From NCBI GenBank assembly GCA_965112155.1, contig OZ218112.1: a stretch of 64,000 bases of DNA. One strand, written 5' to 3'. Numbering within the stretch: position 1 is the first letter of the stretch; each line of letters starts with the position of its first letter. Both the position numbers and the translations under genes were made by a program. Below the pieces are notes generated by a model that saw only the letters and a list, made by a program, of their open reading frames with translations, did not search any database and was not told the DNA's origin. This DNA is from Podarcis liolepis. Its lineage: Eukaryota. Positions 26,505 through 36,816 of the stretch are shown one piece after another.

Positions 26505-27023
26505 AATAGCACTGCTCTATTTTGCCTTGGTCAGACCACACCTAGAGTAGTGTTTCCAGTTCTGGGCACCACAATTTAATAAGGATATTGACAAGCAGAA
26601 ATGTGTGCACCAAGATGATCAAGGGTCTGGAAACCAAGCTTTATGAGGAACAGTTGAGGGACTTGGGTGTGTTTAAAAGGAGACTGAGAGGGAGATATGA
26701 ATAGCCATCTTCAAATATCTAAATGCCTGTGACATAGGGGGTGCAGCATGCTTATTTTCTCCTGCTCCAGAGGCCAGGACCCAAACCAATGGATTCATGT
26801 TACAGAAAAGGAGATTCCAACGAAACATCAGGAAGAACTTTCTGACAGTGAGAGTGGTTTGACAGTGGACCACACTCCCTAGGAGGGTGGCAGACTCTCC
26901 TTCCTTGGAGGTTTTTAAGCAGAGGTTGGATGGCCATTTGTCATGGATGCTTTAGTTGAGATTCCTGCACTGCAGGGGGTTGGACTAGATGATCCTCAGG
27001 GTCCCTTCCAACTCTACAATTCT
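26505..27023 (+). mobile_element. CR1 LINE 3' fragment
   Basis: Typical CR1 ORF2 end (ttggtcagaccacacctagag...cagttctgggcacc) and 3' UTR gggggttggactagatga...cccttccaactct. Confidence 0.88.
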
Positions 27024-29036
27024 GGTACACAGAGACATGCTGCCTCTGACACTGGAGAGGGAACATAACTGTCATGGCTAGTAGCCAATTAATAGCCCTA
27101 TCCATATTTTTGAGTTTTTAAACATAGGGTATGAGAAGCAACTGTAACATTAGTCTTTCAGAATGAAGCTTTCTTTCTGAAAGAGGAAGGAGGATCACTC
27201 TCTTTAAATGCACTTTCTTTCTTTTTTGTCTATTTGCATTTCTGTAAAGCAACAAACACCAGTTAATCAGTAAGCCATGTTAAAGTTGAGAGGAATTGAG
27301 AAAGCCAGTGGAGGTCAATAAACTGAATTATGTTGTGATCACTTACCGAATATCATCAACTCAATTCTAAAATGGGTAATTTGTGGCTGTAATAGTAGGA
27401 AACAGAAACATTTCCTATGATGTATTAAAAGTGCCATCTAGTGGAGAAAAGTCATTTTCAAGCATCCATTTGTCAGTCTGAATTGTACTGCTGCTAAATT
27501 TTCTATATCTTCCAAGTCCAATACTGTTTGGCATGCAAGTGTACAGAATCCCAACCCTCAACTGCATGTTCAGCCTCCCACTGCAGTTTGCATAAAGATC
27601 TGAGGACTTGGCAGTTAATAATGAATGCTGCAGGAGCATTAGAAGATATTGAAGGTAGTTGTTGAACCGAGTACCTCAGAATCCCCCCTAAAACCCAGCC
27701 AGTCATGGAATGAGGCCCAAAGTGGGGAGTTGTTGTGGCATAATTCTTCCCCCCCCCCCTTATTTGCAACCTTCATGCTTAGCAGAGCAGTTTTGAAAGC
27801 TGCAATGTGACCCCTCCCCTTTGCTGAGAGAAAAGTGTTGTAGGACTGGATATCATCTCTTTCTGAGATTTTCACAAACAGCTGACACATAGGCAAGGGG
27901 GCCCAGGACCATCTCTGGGAAGCCAGGTTCTCAGAATCATGATCCAGGTACAGTGACCAGCTGTCCATATGTGGCCAGGCCATGAGCCCATTGAGGCTGT
28001 GAGGAAGACCTCATGGAATGTGGTCTGAAGGCACATGAAGCTACCACCTTGGTGAAACTAAGTAGATCTGGGTCTGGTCAGTTTCTAAATGGTGACTGCT
28101 TGGGAACCACCCACCCAACACCACCGCTTTAGGTTCCATGGCAGAAGGAAGGCAGGTAAATAAAAGTAAGAAAATAATAAATCTCTTTCAGCTCCTTGGA
28201 ACTCTTGATATGGATGCTGCCAGCTGTCAGAACCTCAGCTGCCCCCAAAATGGAAAACCTTGCAGGATTTTCTACTTTTGCTTTGGTATCAAAATGTGTA
28301 GAGTTTGGCATTAGCTGAGAAAATAACCCATAAATGCTGTATGGTAGCATATTATCTTATATGCAAAAAACACAGTGCTCCCTCAGTACAATGTGAAATT
28401 TTATTTTCCTAATGGTTTTAAGTACCTTAACAACCTAATGTTAAGTCTCTCTAAGATATACTGGGCTGCTGTTTTGTACTTCTGTTACTTTTATCACATT
28501 ATTTTCTTTGATTTACTTCAATGACATCTTTTAATAAGTAAGTAAGTCTCGACGGTAACAAAAGGCAGTTTTAGGGAGTGGTGTGGGGGCAGGATCACAT
28601 ATTGCAGGGCCAATGAAAAGCTGACCTTGTATTGTCAGGACAGTCTCAGAAGCAAAAGCCCAGGGCCCCGTGAGGCAGAGTGAGCAGGGCAGACCTCAAA
28701 CACAGTAGGGCCAGCTTGGCAGTAAGTAAGAAAGAAGAGCCCTTCTGGATCAGACCAGAGGCCTGTGGAGTCCAGCATCCTGATCTCACAAGATAAAAGC
28801 ACAAATAAATAGTTGAAACCACTAGGTGTCTCCCTTGCTGTGTTTGGTTTGTGGTTTTTTTTTGGTTTTTTTAAGCATTTAAGCAAACCTGTATGTTTTA
28901 TGCAAGAACCTTCTGCCTTTGGTCACAGGACAGTGCTTGGGTTGTGTGTATGGTGAAATGGACAATAATAATAAAAAGTTGGAGGTGATGCAAAATACCT
29001 TTCTCTGCTGGTGAGCTGATGTCAGTCAGAGTAGAT

Positions 29037-29604
29037 CAGGGGTCGGCAAACTAAGGCCTGTCAGCCGGATCAGGCCCAATTGCCTTCAGGATCTGGCCCA
29101 CGGAGTGTCCATGGATCGGCGTGGGGATTATGTTCATTTGGGCTATGCCTCTTTTTCCTATGCCATTCCATTTTCCCTCTCTCTCACACACACAACGTGC
29201 GGCGCCTCCTCCCTCCCTCCTCCTGGCTTTTCCCTGCCCTGCCTAGAGGAGGAAGGGGGCTGGACTGAGTGCCATTTTAAGTAGCCCCTCTCTGGAGCCA
29301 GCCCTTTCACGCCGCTCATCTTCCCTCTGCAGCAGCCACCACCCTGGTGCTCCTGTAGGCCAGTGAGTGGAGTGGATGAGCTCGCTCTGTCTACCCACGA
29401 GAAGCAGCAGCGGCAGTGGTGGTGGTAGCCCCAGGGAAGGTAAGTGCAGCGGCTGGGTCTGGGGGTGGGGAGGAGGACTACTTGCCCCCCCTCGCCTCTT
29501 CTTACAGCTCCCCGCCCACCCACCCCGGTGCCGTTTCTCTGGCCCGCAACAAAGTCTGAGGGACAGTGGACCAGCCCGCAGCTAAAAAAAATTGCCAACC
29601 ACTA
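29037..29604. mobile_element. hAT (Charlie-like) non-autonomous element
   Basis: CAGGGGTCGGCAA / TTGCCAACCACTA ends; perfect TSD GAGTAGAT. Confidence 0.87.
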
Positions 29605-29948
29605 GAGTAGATGATACCGGGCTATATTTTGATGGCATATGTAAGTCGGCCTTAAGTGGTGCTGCCAACGTTTCTGCCCATTAAGTTTGTCCTGATTATT
29701 AGGGAAGAAACTAGTGTGCAAAAGGGGAGGCAGGGGCAGGTGTCATGCAGACTAGTGTGCATATTTAGAGCACCCTTTCCCAACACAGTGCTCTCCAGAT
29801 GTTTTGGAATGCAGTTCCCATCAGCCCCAGCAGATGTTTTGGACTAAAACATAAATACAGTATACTTAAAGCATGGAATTCACCTCCACAACTTAGATGG
29901 CTTTAAAAGAAGGTTTGACAAATCCATGAAGGATATAAATTACTACTA

Positions 29949-30170
29949 CAGTGGTACCTCAGGTTACATACGCTTCAGGTTACATAAGCTCCAGGTTACA
30001 GACTCCGCTAACCCAGAAATAGTGCTTCAAGTTAAGAACTTTGCTTCAGGATGAGAACAGAAATCGTGCTCTGGCAGTTAAGAACAGTTTCAGTTCTTCA
30101 GGTTAAGAACAGTTTCAGGTTAAATACAGACCTCCGGAACGAATTAAGTACTTAACCCAAGGTACCACTG
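29949..30170. mobile_element. Tc1/mariner (Tigger-like) MITE
   Basis: TIR CAGTGGTACCT...GGTACCACTG with TA TSD; interrupts a CR1-type fragment. Confidence 0.9.
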
Positions 30171-30677
30171 TAGTCACAATGGCTATGCTGGATGCCATGT
30201 GGCCCTGCATACCAGTTACTGGGAATCACAAACGGCAAGAGTGCTGTAACATTCAGGTCCTGCTTGGATGCTTCCCATAAGTATCTGGTTGGCCACTGTG
30301 AGAGCAAGATGTTGAAGTAGGTGGGGTTTCAGCCTGATCCAATAGGCTCTTCTTATGCTCTTATATTAATTCCCATGTGGTTGATGGGAGTTGTGGTCCA
30401 AATGTTGTAGTGGCACTAGACTGAAGGCTGATTTAAGCCATCTAAAAGGACCACAGCTAGGTGTTACAAGAGGAATGGAAACAGCAGAATATCAGAAAGG
30501 GAGAGAAGATTAAAGGTGGCTCCAAATTCTGAAAAAGCCAGAGACTTCTTTTCTAATGCAGATGCTCCAACATAAAACAGATTTGAAATTGCAGGTGCTA
30601 CAGCAGTATCTGTGCGGACCTACTGGGGACAAAGGACAAACAAAAGAAAAAAGGAGAATGAAACTAATTGATATGAC

Positions 30678-31075
30678 CAGTGCTGGATTTACGTATAAGC
30701 TAAACAAGCTATAGCTTAGGGCCCCACTCTCTTGGAGGCCCCTAAAAAATTAAAGGGGGGAGACCGGATGTACATTTCCAAAATATAAGATAAAAATGAA
30801 TAAAATAAAACCTACACACAGTTAGAGCTTAATAATTATTTCACTATTAATATACTTCTTAATTGTATTTCGGTTCAACAATTACTTTGATTGAAATAAA
30901 TATTTTGTTATGTTCAAATGGCTTTAGGTACCTATTAGGTCCATAAATTACCATATAGCATATATTCAACACAAAAAGCAGTGACAATTTGTTGTTGACA
31001 AAGGACAGCTGCACATATAAAGCGCCCCATTACCTTCAGTAGCTTAGGGCCTCATCAAACCTAAATCCGGCCCTG
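30678..31075. mobile_element. hAT non-autonomous element
   Basis: TIR CAGTGCTGGATTTA / TAAATCCGGCCCTG; perfect TSD GATATGAC. Confidence 0.9.
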
Positions 31076-32124
31076 GATATGACCACTTGAACTGGGGTGT
31101 TACCAGATGGGCTCAGAACAATGTAATGGTCTTGTCTGCTAGTCTCTCTCCAGCAGTGGCTTCCACCAGCTAGTACAAGGGGAGAGTAAAACCTGTATAG
31201 GCTCAGTAAACATCTCCAGGGGTTGATCCTTCTTCTCATCCGCAGGCAATTAAAACTATTTAGAGCCGCTCAGTGGGGAAATGCACTGTGAGAGGGCAAT
31301 TGCTTTAACCAGAGAGGAAATTGGGGGTGGGGGGTGAGAAAAGTCTAGATGTCTTAATTGATTTTACACACCACAAAATTTAAAGCTGTTCCAATCCGGT
31401 ATCTCTTTGAAGAGATGATTTCTGCTTTTCTGAACCGAATTACGATCACTGTATTCAGTCTTTTCCTATCGGGGCACTCCAGCTGTTTTTGGACTACAGC
31501 TCCCATCAGCCCCAGCCAGCATTGTGGTCCAAAAGCAGCTGGAAGACACCAAATTGGAGACGGCTTCTCTATTTGATGTATAGTAATTGCTTAAAGATTC
31601 TGCCTCTATGGAGCCATCTGTAGGGCTGCTCTGCTCTAAGCTTCCGAAAGGAAAGAGCAGGATATAAATGTAATAAAATTAATCCTGTGCCCCATGCTAA
31701 GCATTTAATTATTTAAAATAGTTCTCATCTCTCACCATATAAAGGCAGCTAGATTCTGGAAAATGTTTGAGTTAGTTAGTTTGGACTCTTGGTACTCAAG
31801 GGTCTGGCAGACAGCTTTCTTAGGAAAAAATTCTCATAAACTGGAAGTCTCTAAGAGGTCTAGTAAAAAACAAAAACAAAACAGCCCCCTCCCTTTTGCA
31901 TTATGGTTTAATTTATGTCATTTACAAATAAGGAGGCATATGGACGGATTATCCCTCCAGCTAATGCTGTAGTATGGGTTACATGAAAATACTATCAATA
32001 AGATTCAACACACCCATGCTATTTTCTTTTGTTTTATGATATTTTATTTTTAATCATATCTCTGTTCTTATGGTGTATACATATGAAAGCAAGGGAAATA
32101 AGAATAACACATTATTATTTTTAC

Positions 32125-32495
32125 CTTGAGGATCATCTAGTCCATCCCCCTGTAATTCAGGAATCTCAACCAGATCATACATGACAGAAGGCCACCCAAC
32201 CTCTGCTTAAAAACCTCCAAGGTAAAAGAGTCCACCAACTCTTGTGGGATCTGTTCCACTGTCAAACAACTCTTACAGTCAGAATATTCTTCCTGAAGTT
32301 TAGTCAGAATCTTCTTTCTTGTAACTTGAAGCTGTTGGTTCTAATCCTACTCTCCAGAGCAGAAGAAAACAAATTGCTCCATCCTCCATGTGACAGCCCT
32401 ATAGATATTTGAAAGCATCTGTTGATGCTTGCTTTGCTGCTGCATCACACTGTTCACTCATGTCAAGCTTGTGATCAACTAAGACCCTTAGATCT
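32125..32495 (-). mobile_element. CR1 LINE 3' fragment
   Basis: Reverse-complement similarity to 26505-27023; ORF remnant VLVDHKLDMSEQCDAAAK. Confidence 0.8.
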
Positions 32496-32745
32496 GCCAT
32501 CTCTCCCAGAGTGTTGCTTGAGGTGACTATTTCAGAAAGGCTCGTGGTAGTGCTGGCCCTGGAAACTCCTATGGGTTTCAGGATCATCTGAATGAAGACT
32601 TAGCTATTTGTCCAGGTAAACAAAATGTAAGAAGAGCTCAACTAGGCCAAGTCAAAGGAGCATCTAGTCCAACATCCTGTTCTCAAAGTAGCCAGTCAGA
32701 TACCTTTTCTGGAAATCCTACAAGCAGGACTTGAGCACAATAGTA

Positions 32746-32987
32746 CAGTGGTACCTCAGGTTAAGTACTTAATTCATTCCAGAGGTCTGTTCTTAACCTG
32801 AAACTGTTCTTAACCTGAAGCACCACTTTAGCTAATGGGGCCTCCTGCTGCTGCCACGCTGCCGGAGCACGATTTCTGTACTCATCCTGAAGCAAAGTTC
32901 TTAACTTGAAGCACTATTTCTGGGTTAGCGGAGTCTGTAACCTGAAGCGTATGTAACCTAAAGTAAATGTAACCTGATGTACCACTG
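32746..32987. mobile_element. Tc1/mariner (Tigger-like) MITE, same family
   Basis: CAGTGGTAC TIRs with TA TSD; nested in a CR1-type 3' fragment (~32625-33180). Confidence 0.9.
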
Positions 32988-33334
32988 TACACTCCCCACT
33001 TGTGACTCCCAGCAACAGATTGCCTCGGACAGTAGAAGTAGAATATAACCATAATGGCTAGTAGTCATTAACAGCCTCTCTCCATGAACTTGCCAGATTG
33101 TCTTTTTGACTTGTTCAAATTAGTGGTCATCATTACATCTTGTGGTAGCAAATTCCATAGTTTAACTATGCACTGTGTGAAGAATATATACATAACAATT
33201 TCCTCACACCATGCCAATGTCTTCCACTGGTAGGGACAGGAAAGCGTTCAGCATAATATTATAAGGACACCAGTCTGAAAGAGCACAGGATGTTTTTACA
33301 ACCTTTGCAGATGTATCATGAAGATTCTCCCGAC

Positions 33335-33760
33335 CAGTGGCGTAGCGTGGGGGGTGCAGGGGGGCCGGCCGCACCGGGCGCAACATCTGGGGGGGGGGCG
33401 CTCGCACTCGCAGCTCTCTGCCCCTACCTGGCTCACTCACTCTCTCTCACTGCAGTGCTGGCTGTGCGAATCCGATCTGAGCCGCTGGGTCGCCGCCCCC
33501 TGTGGAGGGGGTGGGTGCCAGGCGTGCGGTGCGGAGAGAGAGCGAGGGAATATCTGGGGGAGGGACAGTGCAGTGGCTGCCCAGCGCAGCGCTGAGCGCG
33601 GGAGAGAACCACACCAGACCAGACCAGGCAGCAGCAAGAAGAAGCTGGCAGCGGCAGCAGGTTTGGGGTTAGGGGGCGCAAATTACTTGCCTTGCCCCGG
33701 GTTAGGGGGCGCAAATTACTTGCCTTGCCCCGGGTGCTGACAACCCACGCTACGCCGCTG
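33335..33760. mobile_element. Young GC-rich hAT MITE
   Basis: TIR CAGTGGCGTAGCGTGGG / CCCACGCTACGCCGCTG; perfect 8-bp TSD CTCCCGAC; internal ~33-bp tandem duplication. Confidence 0.93.
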
Positions 33761-34862
33761 CTCCCGACAAGACTCCAGAATCAATGAATTAAACACTACA
33801 GAAGCAAATTTGGCAGCTGTGTAAATCTGTTCGAAAGTCATTCTAGAATGCACCTTGAGGAAACAATCACAAGTCATTCATCCTGTGCTGGAATCCTGTT
33901 TGGAAAAGAACATCCTTCTCTAAACATAGTTACATTCCCAAAAGATCCTGCTTACTTCACATTTTCTAATTGTGGGAATAGGTGTTAAATTGGAAGTGTC
34001 TAAGGGCACACACACATTGAGTCAATGGAACAATTCACTACACGTTGAATGTGTTCAACAGAGATTTGCTCTAATGTGTCAGCTCATTCATAAAGGTGCA
34101 ATTAAATATCACATCATTAAGGGACTGTATTTCCCCTCTAATTATCCTGATTATATTTTGCTGGCTCATAAAAAAACAGCACCAATACAATTCACACTTA
34201 AAAATCAACATATTTCTTTCTTGGTTGGTAGAAATCATCCTCCTGATTATTTTCAGCTATAACTTTTAACACGTTTAAACATGGAACTTTCTTGCATTTT
34301 TTTAAAAAATGGCATTTTTATGAGATATTCTCATAATATCTAAGAAAAGCACTTTATAGAAAGCAACTCATTCTAAGTTGCTTCAATCTGTTAAAAGAGA
34401 GTTTGAAAGAGATGCCTCAAGAGTATTTCAGCTAGAATGTTTCTAAGCTAAGTTCAGCCTTCCAGATGCTTTGGACTACAACTCCCATCAGCCCCAGTCT
34501 CCACGCCAAAACATCTGGAGGGAACCAGCCAATTATAAATACACTGAAGCCCAGTTAACTACGTCATGTGATGCAAAAGTGTTTAACTTTAATTGGAACA
34601 GGGAAAAGTAAATTGCCACTGACAATTTGGCATTTCCACCATGTTTCAACTCATTTGCACCAAGCTGACCTCACCACTACCTCACCCCTCTGCCTCACAG
34701 TAGGTCACACTGATGCCATTGATAGGGGGTTAAGTAAGTGCCACCACCCCACAAACCGCCACCATTCCAGTGGTAAATTTGGGTGGAGTACCGGGTGATA
34801 ATAATCATTTTGAGTCATTGATTAGGTAATGTATCACCTAGTGGTTAGAGGGAATGACACAC

Positions 34863-35010
34863 CAGTGGCGTAGCGTGGGTTGTCAGCACCCGGGGCAAGG
34901 CAAGTAATTTGCGCCCCCTAACCCGTGGATTTGTGCCCCCCTAACCCTAACCCCCAGGTGTTGCGCCCGGTGCGGCCGGGGCCCCCTGCACCCCCCACGC
35001 TACGCCGCTG
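34863..35010. mobile_element. Short hAT MITE of the same family, opposite orientation
   Basis: Same TIRs; perfect 8-bp TSD TGACACAC. Confidence 0.93.
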
Positions 35011-35077
35011 TGACACACTCCTCTGACATAGCAAAGAAGATTACCATTTTCAGAAGAAAATGATATATACATACATA

Positions 35078-35336
35078 CAGTGCTTTTTTCTATTTAAAAT
35101 GTTTAGGGGTACTCTCATTTTCCTACTCATATTGAAATACTGCCCCTCAATGAGGCAAAACGTAGATTCACAAAATGTTTAGGGGCAGTGATTTTTTTCT
35201 TTAAGAAATGTTTAGGGGTACTCTCATTTTGACTCAAGAAAATCCCCATTTTATAGTTCAAATCTAGAAAAATAAATACAGTAAATGGACAAAAGTTCAA
35301 AGATTCACAAAATGTGTACTCCCAGAAAAAGCACTA
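35078..35336. mobile_element. hAT MITE (CAGTGCTTTTT family)
   Basis: TIR CAGTGCTTTTT / AAAAAGCACTA; 8-bp TSD CATACATA; internal duplication. Confidence 0.85.
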
Positions 35337-36074
35337 CATACATAAATACCTACATACATCATTTTATTTGTATGCCGCCTTTCCACAATATAAACAATGT
35401 TCAAGGTGGCTTTCAAAGTGAAAAAAGTTATACAATTCAAAACACAGCAAAAGTTGTCATAAACAGTAAATAAAACATCAAAAAGTGCACAATCAAATGG
35501 AACAATTTTCCACATACATCATAATAAAGATTCAAAATAAAGATACAAAAATTTAATATCAATAACAGCAACAACCCTCAGCTCAACAAAAGCCCCTAAG
35601 CAATATCCCAGCCCAAGAGTTGTCCAAAAAAATGAACTTGCTTATCAGATGGCCTTATTCAAATCTCCAGTATATTTCAGTGGAAGCTTTCCTACCGTGT
35701 AGTCTAAGCATTGTATTGTGGCATACATAACCTTTCACAGAAAAGAATCCACTTTGTCTGATGCCAGAGGTTGTACAGTCGACAACAGGTTGTGCCAAAA
35801 TAAAGCAGTTGATTTTAAGATGCTACAAGACTCTCCTTGACTCTTTTTGCTGCAACTGACAAAACAAATTCTAGAGGGACAGATGTGTTAGTCTGACACA
35901 GCAAGTGCATACATAACTCATTTGTGATGGAATAAGATACTTGTTGTTCTTATTTATTTTATTTTTGCATAAATAAATAAGTGTGTGGAATCTGTGCCCT
36001 CTCTGTCTGGGGATTTGGGAAACCAGTAGGTCAGGACATGGAGCATCTGTGAGAAAGGAAGCACCCAAATTGGC

Positions 36075-36359
36075 AGCAAGGTGGGGTTGTTGGGATGGCT
36101 AACCCTTCATTTGAATGCAAATGTTGCTTGAGAGCAGCCAGTTATGTGTGACATCAGATAGAACCTTAGTAAACTGTTGGCCCAGCACCTGGTAATACTA
36201 TTGTTAATCATGTGTAGTAAAGAGACCTCAGGGCTAGCATGAGTCATTCATAGAGCCAGTTGGGGCTAGAAAAAGAGAGTGAGAGAAAGAGGAGGGGGTG
36301 TGACATCAAAGGAGTAGAAGCAGGATGCCTTGGCAGGACAAAGCTAGGGTATGAGCATC
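36075..36359 (+). promoter_or_regulatory. cdx4 proximal promoter / 5' UTR with octamer and TCF/LEF sites
   Basis: ATGCAAAT octamer at 36115-36122, ACATCAAAGG TCF/LEF consensus at 36303-36312, adjacent T-box-like GGGTGTGA at 36296-36303. Blocks of this region are also retained in the downstream duplicate. Confidence 0.6.
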
Positions 36360-36816
36360 ATGTATGTGAGTTATCTTTTGGAAAAAGAAGGCAGCATGTA
36401 TCCAGGATCCGTAAGGTGCAACAGCAGCAGCAGCAGCAACAACAACAACAACAACCTGCCGGCACAAAACTTTGCCTCCACAACACCCTACGCAGATTAC
36501 ATGGGATACCATCCAATGCAAAATATAGACCACCGTGGACAACCTTCAGGGGCTTGGGGAGCACATTATGGCCTGCAAAGGGAAGACTGGAATGCTTATG
36601 GCCCAGCACCTTCCAACACTGTGACCGCTACGCAAATGAATGGATCATCTCCCGGGCAGGTTTCCTATAGTTCTGCTGATTACAACTCCTTGAATCCCGC
36701 TGGATCGGGGGCTTTACCTTCTGTAAATACAATCAATACAGAGCAAATCTCTCCCCACAGTCAAAGACACAGCTCTTACGAATGGATGAGGAAAACAGTC
36801 CAATCCACTTCAACAG
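36360..36816 (+). CDS. cdx4: cdx4 exon 1 (N-terminal activation domain and hexapeptide)
   Basis: Starts MYVSYLLEKE, the Cdx family N-terminus; an in-frame upstream ATG lies at 36351. Contains REDWNAY and SYEWMRK. Ends at ACA G|gtatgt, a phase-1 donor at 36817. Confidence 0.96.

Noticed and set aside
33290-33740. GC-rich ORFs and an apparent CpG island
   Set aside because: Almost entirely within a hAT MITE bounded by TIRs and an 8-bp TSD
34666-34707. Retinoic-acid response element from TGACCT and AGGTCA half-sites
   Set aside because: Half-sites are not in DR1/DR2/DR5 arrangement
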